Of a stretch of DNA of 64,000 bases, positions 28,680-37,445 are shown piece after piece. This DNA is from a virus (lineage: Duplodnaviria; Caudoviricetes). The notes under the pieces were generated by a model. It did not search any database. It was not told the DNA's origin and worked only from the letters and a program-made list of their open reading frames with translations. The DNA is taken from positions 192,001 through 256,000 of IMG/VR virus record IMGVR_UViG_3300013121_000005; one strand, given 5' to 3'. Within the stretch, counting starts at the first letter, position 1. The number at the start of each line of letters is the position of its first letter. Made by a program: the position numbers and the translations under genes.

Positions 28680-30101
28680 ATGGCTTCGCCAGTCAGGAGC
28701 AGAGATTTGCTTCGGGATTATGCCCGTACCTTAGTAGCTCTGGAGTTCTCAACCCCAGAGGCTCTTAAGGAGTACCTTCACGATCATCCGAAAGCTGACA
28801 AGAGCAAGCACACGGTCAAAAAGGATGAGGAAGGTCATCACGAAGAGGAGCCCAAGAAGAGTTGGAAGGAACGGCTCAAGGGTCTCAGTGAGAAAGCTTC
28901 GAGCCTTGTCCGAAATGCCCCCAAGGCAGTCAAGCAATTTATCGAGGATGATTCATTCCGTCGAAAGACGCTTATGGAGGCTCACAAAGCCCTAACTGAG
29001 GCGCCAGAGAAGATTGCGAAGAATGCCCTCAATACAGTCAAGCACGAAGTCAAAGAGTTCAAAGAGGCTGGACAAGGCATCGCCGCTGTGATGAGGGGGC
29101 AGAAGATGACCCCTCATCAAAAGAAAGCGCTTAAAACCGTAGCAACCCACATGGCAATTAGTGTTACTGCGGCGGCTTTGACGGCCTCAGGGCCTCTTGC
29201 TGCTGCGGGTATGGTGGGTAAGGGTCTCGTAAAACACACAGCTATGAAAGCTGTCTCCAATTTGCTTGGTCACACCCATATCCTCGAAGAGCTTGGGCAT
29301 ATTGGGCATGGCGTGAAGCACCTTATGGAGAAGCTTGCTGTAGAGGGTAAAGAGGCTGATCCAGAGGAAGTCCTTGGCAACCTTGTGCTAGCTGCTGTCG
29401 CCAAGGAACTTAAGGGTCTCAGTGACGAGGACATCAAGAAAGCTCTAGAGGGTGTGGAGGAGAAGACCATGGAGGAGAAGAGTATGGAGAAGAGTATGGA
29501 GAAGAAGGCTTCTCCTCTTCAAGAGTTCAAGGATGCTCTGATTGTCCGAAATGTCACAGCTCGATTCATGACTCGTGGGATGGAGCACCCATCGGAGGAA
29601 GCTAAGAAGAAGTACCTCCATGAGCACCCTGGGGCAGACCCCAAGAACCACAAGGTCAAGAAGAACCCAGATAGCACTGCTTCAAGTGGGATTGGCTCAG
29701 AGTCTACAAAGGCAGACTCTAGGTCGAAAGACCTTACAAAGAACCTCGACAGTATGAAGGCCCTCAAGCGCAAGGTAGACAATGCAGAGCCTTCCGCGAA
29801 GAAGAAGTTCGACCAAACCTACACCAAACTGTATGAGGGTGGGGAATCGTCAGCAAAAGCTGCTGAGAGGTTGGTCAAGAAGTTCGAGGATGATGACAGG
29901 AAAGATGTCCAAATCGCGGTTGAGCTTCTTTCAGACTCAGTGCGCCAATGGGAGCGTAACAAGTTTGATCACCATAAGCAGACTGCGGAGTTTACCCACA
30001 CCCACGAAAAACTTCGTCAAGCTGAACAAACCTTTGGCTACGCTATGAAGGTCAATGACTATATTGAGCTGCTTAACAAGACTCTCCAGGGAGATCGGTA
30101 A
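28680..30101 (+). CDS. Multi-module tagged-class protein with two YLHxHPxAD repeats
   Basis: EFSTPEALKEYLHDHPKAD and KYLHEHPGAD; internal RNVTARF. Confidence 0.7.
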   Translation: MASPVRSRDLLRDYARTLVALEFSTPEALKEYLHDHPKADKSKHTVKKDEEGHHEEEPKKSWKERLKGLSEKASSLVRNAPKAVKQFIEDDSFRRKTLMEAHKALTEAPEKIAKNALNTVKHEVKEFKEAGQGIAAVMRGQKMTPHQKKALKTVATHMAISVTAAALTASGPLAAAGMVGKGLVKHTAMKAVSNLLGHTHILEELGHIGHGVKHLMEKLAVEGKEADPEEVLGNLVLAAVAKELKGLSDEDIKKALEGVEEKTMEEKSMEKSMEKKASPLQEFKDALIVRNVTARFMTRGMEHPSEEAKKKYLHEHPGADPKNHKVKKNPDSTASSGIGSESTKADSRSKDLTKNLDSMKALKRKVDNAEPSAKKKFDQTYTKLYEGGESSAKAAERLVKKFEDDDRKDVQIAVELLSDSVRQWERNKFDHHKQTAEFTHTHEKLRQAEQTFGYAMKVNDYIELLNKTLQGDR

Positions 30102-31717
30102 TGCCTGCTAAAGTCGATGAGTTGTTCAAGGAAGTCAAGAAAGACAACCCGTCGTACACAGATGAGCGGGCGTGGGCAACGGCTTGGTCGATCTACTGCA
30201 AGCATGTAGAGCCTGGATCAGACCATTGCTCTCGGCCTCCTAGCGAGTACTTGAAGGGCAAGAATGCGGCTGGGGCTTTTGCTAGGGCTTTGCTGGCTCG
30301 TGAGTTTGCAACTCCTGAAGCTCTGAAGGAGTACCTTCATGAGCACCCAAAGGCAGATAAGAGCAAGCACACTGTCAAAAAAGAGGAGGAGGGCAAAGGG
30401 GGTAAGAAAGAAGAGCCCAAAGCCCCAGCTAAGCCAAAAGGTCTCGATTTCGGAGACACCTCGAAGCTAGGTAAAGATGTTACCCAACCTGTCAAAGACC
30501 CTGATAAGCTGTTTGAAGAAGCTGCGAAAGCCCATGACCATCAGCTAGATTGGCTAAATCGAGGGAAAGGTCTTGACAAGGCGATTGGGGGCAAAGTCAT
30601 TCGTGCGGACAAGGGCGACACGATTGACTTTGATAAACCAGGGCCGATCATCCTCATTGGCCCGATGAAGAAGCAGGATCGTTCCAAAGAGAAGGTCGAA
30701 GCTGACTTTGGAGGGGACTGGTCTCGTCTGGGGGATATTGTCCGAGCGTCCGTGGCAGTAGACTCTTTCGATCAAGTGGAAGAGGTTCTAGCCCAACTAA
30801 AGAAGACTGGTTTGAAGCTCGCTCGTCAACCTAAGGATCGTTTTGACACTCCAACAAGCGCAGGTTACCGCGACGTAATGATCAATGTCGTGTACCCTAA
30901 TGGGCATGTGGGAGAGCTTCAACTCCACCTCAAGGGGGTCCTCAAGGCGAAGGATGCAGGGCACAAGTTCTACGAGGAAGTTCGCTCCATTGAGGGGAAG
31001 GCCAAGAAGGAAGGGCGAGATACCCTTACGGAGGAAGAACTCAAGGTCATCACGGAGGCTAACGACAAGATGAAAGCTCTCTACGATGAAGCTTGGGCTT
31101 CAGCTTCTAAGGCTAAGGGCAAGGGCAGCAAGGGTAGGAAAACCAAAGAAGCTGCATCCGGACCCACAAAGTATGACTACAATGGGCTACCTGCATATTG
31201 GGACAAAAATCGGTTCCCAATGGTCGTAACCCCTAAGGGCGAGAAGCCAATCTACGATATCGAGAAGTTCTTCCGAGAAGCAGATGAGGTTACGGAAGCG
31301 GAGTTCAAAGCTCTCAAAGATCGTAGTAAGCCAGAGAAGAAGTCCCCTGCTGGGAAGAAGAAGAGTGCAGTTATGAATGCCCTGATGGCTCGTAAAGTGG
31401 TGGCTCGGTTCTTGGCAGCGGATAGCCATAATCCAGACCCACTTTCTTTCAATGCTTTCCTTTCGGAGTTTAGGCAAGGAGAGAAGTCAGGCAAGGACTT
31501 GGCTTCAGCAGAAGATGCTGAAGCCAAGCTAGAGCTAGCTCAAGAGAAGGTATCTCAGGCTGCTACGGATCTACTTGAGCTTGCTCGACGCATCGACGCG
31601 ATTGCTCAACGAGGCCCTCTTGGGGTAAACGAAACGAAGCTCTCCGCTAAGTTGAGTGGAATCCTGTCTACACTCTTTTACCAGGCAGGAGTTGCTAAGG
31701 GACTTGGAAAGGCATGA
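30101..31717 (+). CDS. Multi-module protein with a RelA/SpoT-like nucleotidyltransferase domain, tagged class
   Basis: MKK.DRS.EK...GDIVRAS...KDRF...GYRD...ELQLH; third YLHEHPKAD copy; RKVVARF. Confidence 0.7.
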   Translation: MPAKVDELFKEVKKDNPSYTDERAWATAWSIYCKHVEPGSDHCSRPPSEYLKGKNAAGAFARALLAREFATPEALKEYLHEHPKADKSKHTVKKEEEGKGGKKEEPKAPAKPKGLDFGDTSKLGKDVTQPVKDPDKLFEEAAKAHDHQLDWLNRGKGLDKAIGGKVIRADKGDTIDFDKPGPIILIGPMKKQDRSKEKVEADFGGDWSRLGDIVRASVAVDSFDQVEEVLAQLKKTGLKLARQPKDRFDTPTSAGYRDVMINVVYPNGHVGELQLHLKGVLKAKDAGHKFYEEVRSIEGKAKKEGRDTLTEEELKVITEANDKMKALYDEAWASASKAKGKGSKGRKTKEAASGPTKYDYNGLPAYWDKNRFPMVVTPKGEKPIYDIEKFFREADEVTEAEFKALKDRSKPEKKSPAGKKKSAVMNALMARKVVARFLAADSHNPDPLSFNAFLSEFRQGEKSGKDLASAEDAEAKLELAQEKVSQAATDLLELARRIDAIAQRGPLGVNETKLSAKLSGILSTLFYQAGVAKGLGKA

Positions 31718-31980
31718 GTCTTTCCCTCATCCGCCAAGTAGTTCGTCGGTTCATGGCGTTCAAGTACGAACCCAAGGAGACGAAGCAACACAAGGTAGAA
31801 AGGCTCTCCAAAGCTATTCGGGAAGAGACTGGAATTTCTCGGGGGCAAGCAGAAGCTATTGCTGATGCTTACATACGTGGACGAGAGATCGAACGATTAG
31901 CTATCCAGAAGGGTTGGCCCCTTGCGGATGGGATTGTGACCGGTCCTGATGGGGCGTTTGAACTGTCTAAGTCACTTTGA
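31714..31980 (+). CDS. Small tagged-class protein (RQVVRRF leader)
   Basis: ATGA-coupled; 88 aa. Confidence 0.65.
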   Translation: MSLSLIRQVVRRFMAFKYEPKETKQHKVERLSKAIREETGISRGQAEAIADAYIRGREIERLAIQKGWPLADGIVTGPDGAFELSKSL

Positions 31981-31991
31981 ACCAGAAAGAC

Positions 31992-32225
31992 ATGAATATG
32001 AACAAGCAACCTCCAGAGTACATCATGCAGTTCTTCACCTTCGAGCACTTGCCTGAGCACCTCAAGGTAGTGTCGCGCCAATTTGCGGAATTGGCAGAAC
32101 GTATGGTGAGCACCTTGCCGCGTAACCCAGAGCGTACGGTTGCTCTTCGTAAGCTCTTGGAAAGCAAAGACGCGGCTGTGAGGGCTGTCCTTTCAAAAGA
32201 GGTTTCCGAATCCGAAAGTAAGTAG
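31992..32225 (+). CDS. Small helical-hairpin phage protein, possibly Acb2/Tad1-hairpin-like
   Basis: FF.FEHLPEHL...LP.NPERTVALRKLLESKD.AVRA. Confidence 0.5.
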   Translation: MNMNKQPPEYIMQFFTFEHLPEHLKVVSRQFAELAERMVSTLPRNPERTVALRKLLESKDAAVRAVLSKEVSESESK

Positions 32226-32235
32226 CTGGAGTAGC

Positions 32236-32583
32236 TTACCCCAGCTTGCCTTCCCAGTAGCGGGCGAACAGAGCCGCCAAACCATCCGCTACCCGGTTCG
32301 TGAACTCATCCTGTTGACGAGTCATCACGTCCAGACTGTCGTCCCCGAGCCAGACCTCCAGGTGCCGCCCCTCCCAGCCTGGCTCTGGCTCCAGCTTGAC
32401 CAAGGGGGAGACAGCAACCCGTTGAAGCGGGTTGCTGTGCTTGCCTACCAAGGTGACGAAGAACCGATCCTTGACCCACCTGATCTCGGTGGCTGTCTCA
32501 GCGAAGAAGTCTTCTAGGACGAGTTGAGCTTCTTGGCGTGTAGGCTTTTTCCCACCCCACCGCACATACCGATCATAAGCCAT
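32236..32583 (-). CDS. Hypothetical protein
   Basis: Start MAYDRY lies 9 nt after GGTGTA. Confidence 0.6.
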   Translation of the reverse strand: MAYDRYVRWGGKKPTRQEAQLVLEDFFAETATEIRWVKDRFFVTLVGKHSNPLQRVAVSPLVKLEPEPGWEGRHLEVWLGDDSLDVMTRQQDEFTNRVADGLAALFARYWEGKLG

Positions 32584-32606
32584 ACCTTCAAATACACCGT
32601 TGGGGA

Positions 32607-33284
32607 TCACTCCTCTTCACTGTCGAGAGTGATCCCCTCATCGGTTACCTTGGCTAAATCCACCAAGTTCGCAGACTTTTTCTTGGCTGAGGGCAGATAG
32701 TTCTTCCGATGGACTTGGCAAGGTCCGAGCTTCTCTATGGCTTTGAGATGAGCTGGAGTCCCATACCCAACATTTTCTCCTAGGCCATACCCAGGGTACC
32801 TCAGAGCCAGCTCTCTCATATACTGATCGTGAGTGAACTTCCCAATGACGCTGGCAGCCATGACAGCGGGGACGATTCCGTCTGCTTTAGGGAAGTTGAT
32901 ATGGTCAATCCCAGGAAGAGTGACATTACCATCTAGGATGATAAGGGCATCAGGGTACCTTTCCTGAAGGTTAAGGACCACGGTTCTGTAGCAGCGGTTC
33001 AAAGCATTTATGACCCCTAAGTCTATCTCCTCTGGGTGCGCCATTTCAATCGCATAGGGGACGATTTCGCGAAGTCGGTAGAACAACTCTTCGTGTTTCT
33101 TCTTTCCGATGTTCTTGGAATCATCAAGCCCTTTCAAAGGGGGCCAGTTAGGAGGTACAGCTACAGCACATACAACTAAGGGTCCGGCCAGACTACCGTA
33201 TCCGCATTCATCTGCTCCAATAATCTTAGACCGGCCCTTAGCCAATTCTTTCCAGTCAGGGATCTTCAGAATGTCTTTACTCAA
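32607..33284 (-). CDS. rnhB: Ribonuclease HII
   Basis: GADECGYGSLAGP, DDSK, LDG, KAD...AASV.GK, GYGT..H. Confidence 0.93.
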   Translation of the reverse strand: MSKDILKIPDWKELAKGRSKIIGADECGYGSLAGPLVVCAVAVPPNWPPLKGLDDSKNIGKKKHEELFYRLREIVPYAIEMAHPEEIDLGVINALNRCYRTVVLNLQERYPDALIILDGNVTLPGIDHINFPKADGIVPAVMAASVIGKFTHDQYMRELALRYPGYGLGENVGYGTPAHLKAIEKLGPCQVHRKNYLPSAKKKSANLVDLAKVTDEGITLDSEEE

Positions 33285-33700
33285 GCCAATTTACCCCCAT
33301 GAAGCTTAGCTCTGCCCGAATTGTAGGCCATTTTTACCGCAACTGCTTTGGCTACATCCACTCCGTGGGCTTCAGCCTTGTCTAGGATGCGAATGAGTTC
33401 GTCGGCAATCTCTTCCTCCCCATTGGTCAATGGGGGAAGACCAAGCGCAGCCATCTTTTCAGCCTTGTCGCAGGGGTTGTTGAGGGTACCATTGCGAAAA
33501 GCCTCCCAGAATTCCGATGCTTCCCCATGTTGATTAGCCGTGAAGGTAGCAGCTCGAATGAGCTGCCCAAGAGGCCCCTCCCATTGAGCATCGGTTAGGT
33601 CCTTCTTCATCTGGTCTCTGAATCCCTTGTTCTTTGCATTTTCAGCAATGTGATCACGTAGGGTGTTGAGCAATTGGAGAGCATCGGGGGTTAGTTCCAT
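33281..33700 (-). CDS. MazG-like NTP pyrophosphohydrolase
   Basis: EASE.WEA...EEEIADELIRILD...KMAYN..R. Confidence 0.7.
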   Translation of the reverse strand: MELTPDALQLLNTLRDHIAENAKNKGFRDQMKKDLTDAQWEGPLGQLIRAATFTANQHGEASEFWEAFRNGTLNNPCDKAEKMAALGLPPLTNGEEEIADELIRILDKAEAHGVDVAKAVAVKMAYNSGRAKLHGGKLA

Positions 33701-33711
33701 AGGTAACCTTG

Positions 33712-33739
33712 TACACCGCCCCTTTAGGTTTCTTCTTAT
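33712..33739. promoter_or_regulatory. Divergent promoter region: GGTGTA (minus strand) and CTTAT (plus strand)
   Basis: TACACC 33712-33717 lies 11 nt from ATG 33700; CTTAT 33735-33739 lies 14 nt from ATG 33754. Confidence 0.6.
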
Positions 33740-33753
33740 CTATCTTAGCGGGT

Positions 33754-34911
33754 ATGAGGTATAGAGTAGCTCGGCTTATCCGGAAAGTTGTGACTAGGTA
33801 CGTAGTTGCTAAGATGTCCATTCCGGAAGCAGAGAAGATTCTTGGGGTTCGACCTGGAGCGTCGGCTGAAGAGATCAAGGCTGCGCACAGAAAAAAGGTC
33901 CTAGAGCTGCATCCGGACTTGAATCGGGACCGTGATACCACGTCTGAAATGGCTCTAGCCAACGCAGCAAAGGACGTTCTGGAAGGACGCTCAGCCCCTT
34001 CGTATAGGGATGATGGGGGTGACGAAGAGTACTCTCCTCCCCGCACTCGTTACGAGCCACCAGAACCAAAGGTTGTTACGTTTGAGGAGGCTTACTCAAC
34101 AGCAGGTGTCCCTTCTGGAGTTGAGTGGCTGTTTGTCACGGATATGCAACGAGGTACCGGGTACTCCTCGGATGAATTCACTCGGTCTACCAATGGTCGT
34201 GTTGCTTACGGCCGCACAGGCACAAAGCATGTGTTCGTAGGTATGTGCCGTAAAGTGTACAAAGAACACTACATTGGAGGGCGTAAAGACGACGACCTGT
34301 GGTCCGTGGTCTCGTTTGAGTACCCGATCTCTGGGGATGAGGGGAAGACTCCTGCTTGGCTCTACGGTAACGTGGTGAAAACCCTTAAGGCTTCTGGGTG
34401 CGACGCCAAATTCAACTCCAAGGTCCATGACCTCAAGGGGAAGGGTTGGCATCCCAAGGACAAGGGGATGGGCTCGCTTGGGTCCACGATGTCGATCAAG
34501 CATTGGCTCGTCAACGCCGAGGAAGTAGCTGCTGACGATGAAGCGGTCGCGACCCGGAAGCAGGTCGTCGAGCTGAAAACAACTGAAGACCGTCTCTATG
34601 GGGACGAGAAACCAAAGCCAGGGTTCTTTAGAAACCCTGGCTCCGAGTGGGACACTACCTACTACAAGCTCACGCTCATCATCAACGCCAAGGAATTCGA
34701 CTTGTCGAAAGACGACTTCGCCTCTTTCATGAAGATTCGTGGGTTGTACGCTAGAGTCTTCGGGGACTACATCTATGGCTCTAAGTCCAAGATGCTCACG
34801 AGGCTAAGGGACGGTAAGAAAATCCTGGCATGGATGGCAGCGAAGTTTACCGATCTACCGCAGCAAGCCCGAGATGCGTTACTCGCTGCTTCTGCTCAGA
34901 TGAAAGGTTGA
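33754..34911 (+). CDS. J-domain protein, paralog of 27353, tagged class
   Basis: RKVVTRY leader; LHPD; shared blocks AGVP..VEW.FV, KHVF, RK.VVE, K.LTR.R.G. Confidence 0.8.
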   Translation: MRYRVARLIRKVVTRYVVAKMSIPEAEKILGVRPGASAEEIKAAHRKKVLELHPDLNRDRDTTSEMALANAAKDVLEGRSAPSYRDDGGDEEYSPPRTRYEPPEPKVVTFEEAYSTAGVPSGVEWLFVTDMQRGTGYSSDEFTRSTNGRVAYGRTGTKHVFVGMCRKVYKEHYIGGRKDDDLWSVVSFEYPISGDEGKTPAWLYGNVVKTLKASGCDAKFNSKVHDLKGKGWHPKDKGMGSLGSTMSIKHWLVNAEEVAADDEAVATRKQVVELKTTEDRLYGDEKPKPGFFRNPGSEWDTTYYKLTLIINAKEFDLSKDDFASFMKIRGLYARVFGDYIYGSKSKMLTRLRDGKKILAWMAAKFTDLPQQARDALLAASAQMKG

Positions 34912-34924
34912 CCTCTCTTCGGGG

Positions 34925-35422
34925 TCAAGGGGGGTACTTAGGGAGGTCCTGAGGGGGCAGTAGAGAGGTCTTCTTCTCTCGGATCCTGTCGAGTAGAATG
35001 TTCCGGAGGGTCTGCGAGACTACTCGGTCGCGGTCGTTTTTCGTCCGCTGGTACCAATCGCTCAACTCCTCTAGAGTTGTCAAAGTATCCAACTCCATTA
35101 GCAGCCTTTTCTGTACGTCGTACTCCTGAAATTCGGCAGGAGGAGCGGTAAAGGCTTCTGAGGCTTTTGTTCGGAACTCCGGGGGTACCTCTTGGAATCG
35201 GCTGCTCAACTCTGTAACGCTTCGAGCGGCCTCCAACGACTTTTCAAAAGCTTCTCGGGTTGTGATTACCCTCTGGGGGTCTAAAGAGAAGGTCGCGTCC
35301 ATTAGGTGTCGGAATGCGTCAAGGCAGATTAGGAATGCCGTAAGCTGAGCTTGGGTCTTCAGACTTGGCATTTGGTCCCGAAGAGCTTCGGCCATCATTT
35401 GCTGCATATCTTGAGGGGGCAT
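34925..35422 (-). CDS. Hypothetical helical protein
   Basis: 165-aa ORF in a minus-strand operon. Confidence 0.6.
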   Translation of the reverse strand: MPPQDMQQMMAEALRDQMPSLKTQAQLTAFLICLDAFRHLMDATFSLDPQRVITTREAFEKSLEAARSVTELSSRFQEVPPEFRTKASEAFTAPPAEFQEYDVQKRLLMELDTLTTLEELSDWYQRTKNDRDRVVSQTLRNILLDRIREKKTSLLPPQDLPKYPP

Positions 35423-35617
35423 TTACAGTTTCCTTTTCGTAGAGGTCTTTTCTTGTAGACACTTTGGGCAGAGCCACCCTTTTTCCCTAGTGAGTCTCCA
35501 CCCTAGTTTTTTCCAGTACTGGATTGCCTTGGACTTCAGCCCTATCGCGACTTGGTGCCATTGGAAACAGGTGCCGCACCAAACAGTGAACTCGTTCGAG
35601 ATGTACCCCTTACTCAT
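35423..35617 (-). CDS. Small Zn-ribbon protein
   Basis: CGTC...GW...W.CPKC. Confidence 0.55.
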   Translation of the reverse strand: MSKGYISNEFTVWCGTCFQWHQVAIGLKSKAIQYWKKLGWRLTREKGWLCPKCLQEKTSTKRKL

Positions 35618-35625
35618 CTTAGCCC

Positions 35626-35928
35626 TCAAGATACCGGCTTTGGTTTTACTTTACCAAGGAGACGTGCCTTGTACCTGTCGGCAAACCCGTCTGCATTCGG
35701 AACCCCAAAAGCTTGGGCGTAATTACGCACCACCCCTCGCATCAACTCGATTGCAGAGGCCGGGTTCTCTACGACCCGCATACAAGGTCGGCAGTAGTAG
35801 TACACTTCTTGGGGATTTGTCTCTCCCAATTTGATCAGGTTGGCACGCTCTGCTTTCGTTGGCTTGAACGCCCTGCAAACTTGCTCATCCCTCTTACGAT
35901 TGCATATCGCGCAAGAAACCTTCGCCAT
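35626..35928 (-). CDS. Small Zn-finger protein
   Basis: CAIC...YCRPC. Confidence 0.55.
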   Translation of the reverse strand: MAKVSCAICNRKRDEQVCRAFKPTKAERANLIKLGETNPQEVYYYCRPCMRVVENPASAIELMRGVVRNYAQAFGVPNADGFADRYKARLLGKVKPKPVS

Positions 35929-35931
35929 CTT

Positions 35932-36564
35932 TCAGCCCCTCTCGATGTACTCGTGGTACAGAGTCTCATTGATAGCATCGATAGCGATCTCCCCTTCGCA
36001 GAGTTTCGCACCTAGGAGTACAGCAGTCCCAATAGGCATAGTGAGGAATTGGAGTTTGTGGCGCCGAAGGAGCTTTTCTTGCTCCTGATGATACCTGTCA
36101 ACCACTGCCTCTCGTTGTACAATTTCTGTCTCGGTTCCAAGTCGATGAGGGTGACAGTTGAAGGGATCCCCCACTGAGTAGTAGGTCCGACAGATAAGGG
36201 GTCGTGCTTTGTAAGCACTACAGCGCTTGTTCTCGTCCAAAAGTGGACAGGGGATCAAAGCGAGTAGCCACACCTCAAATGAAACCCCGTATTGGCGGTC
36301 GGAAACTTCTTTGAGCTTTTCTCGGAGTTTTAGAGTCCATTGGTTTTGGCTGACTAGCCAACGGTAGATGAGAACCCCCTCGAAAACCGAAATGTGGATG
36401 GGGTGGTAGCAACACCAAGAGCAACCTACTGTACAGGTAACTCTCTTCTCGCCACTCTGGCGAACAGCCATGTCGAACTTTGAGGCGAGATCCGTGCGGA
36501 GAACTTGGGTCTGTCCGATGGACCCTTCAACGAGGATTGGCAATTTTCGCTTCTTAGTTGCCAT
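35932..36564 (-). CDS. YkgJ-family (CxxCxxCC) cysteine-cluster protein
   Basis: CTVGCSWCC...CPLL...CSAY.ARPLICR. Confidence 0.8.
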   Translation of the reverse strand: MATKKRKLPILVEGSIGQTQVLRTDLASKFDMAVRQSGEKRVTCTVGCSWCCYHPIHISVFEGVLIYRWLVSQNQWTLKLREKLKEVSDRQYGVSFEVWLLALIPCPLLDENKRCSAYKARPLICRTYYSVGDPFNCHPHRLGTETEIVQREAVVDRYHQEQEKLLRRHKLQFLTMPIGTAVLLGAKLCEGEIAIDAINETLYHEYIERG

Positions 36565-37064
36565 CAGTCTTCGTCTTTGAGTCTGCTGAATCTGGTAGCG
36601 GGTTCAGCAGGCTTTAGGTCCTTTTGAGGTAGCCTATTCCTACGTTGCGTAATTGTGCCAAATGCAGGGGGGACGGTAATCCGTACTCGGTGGGAAGACC
36701 TGTGTTGGGCTAACAGTACAGTTCCTGGCCGAAGGTTTAAAGAGGGGTTCAGGAAAATACTACCCCCATGTCGAGTCGGGTCACTTTGCATCCAAAATTC
36801 AAACGGTTCCAGTACACGGTCTCCCCCCTGTCCAGGTAGGGCAGGAATGGACAGGAGCAGGAACGGCCCTGCTCCTGTCTTTATTGGGGCCATGATTACA
36901 GGCCAATCCGTAGCAGGGTGCGCAATATGCACTAGATCCTTCGCGTCATTGAAAATCTCGCACTCCCCAGTAGTATTGACCGCATGTCCTACCTGCATGC
37001 GAAGGTCATAACTGCGGATATACCAGATAGCCCCATTGTAGCTTACGAGGTCTCCTGCTTGCAT
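36564..37064 (-). CDS. Hypothetical protein ending TRFSRLKDED
   Basis: ORF coupled to the downstream gene. Confidence 0.6.
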   Translation of the reverse strand: MQAGDLVSYNGAIWYIRSYDLRMQVGHAVNTTGECEIFNDAKDLVHIAHPATDWPVIMAPIKTGAGPFLLLSIPALPGQGGDRVLEPFEFWMQSDPTRHGGSIFLNPSLNLRPGTVLLAQHRSSHRVRITVPPAFGTITQRRNRLPQKDLKPAEPATRFSRLKDED

Positions 37065-37068
37065 TTAC

Positions 37069-37371
37069 TTACCCTAGGGGTTGGAATTGGTCTAGGATAA
37101 ACTGGATATCTGAGATTCGCTCTCTTAGTAAATCCGCAGTCTCTACTTTTGCCTGGGGTAAAGCTGCTGCGATAACAGATTGCTCATTTGAGCACAGCGT
37201 GCGAACCTCATCCCACTCATTACGTGCGCCCGCTAAAAAGGATTGCTCTACAAGTAGCATTGGCTCCCATATGTCTGGAGCTTCTTTGCTTTTTACCTGA
37301 TAGGCAAATTGACGCATCTGAGCTTTGAGGTAGCGGACAGCCGCTTGTCTAGTTCTTTCCTGGTTAGGCAC
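37069..37371 (-). CDS. Hypothetical protein
   Basis: GTG start 9 nt after GGTGTA (37381-37386). Confidence 0.6.
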   Translation of the reverse strand: MPNQERTRQAAVRYLKAQMRQFAYQVKSKEAPDIWEPMLLVEQSFLAGARNEWDEVRTLCSNEQSVIAAALPQAKVETADLLRERISDIQFILDQFQPLG

Positions 37372-37386
37372 AACCCCGTATACACC

Positions 37387-37421
37387 AAAAAGGCAAAGAG
37401 CATCTGGGCTCTTTGCCTTTT
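37387..37421 (-). terminator. Intrinsic terminator, possibly bidirectional, abutting a GGTGTA motif
   Basis: aaaaggcaaagagc / gctctttgcctttt stem with A/T runs on both sides. Confidence 0.75.
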
Positions 37422-37445
37422 CTTTCTTGTACTTAGGAGAGGGGT

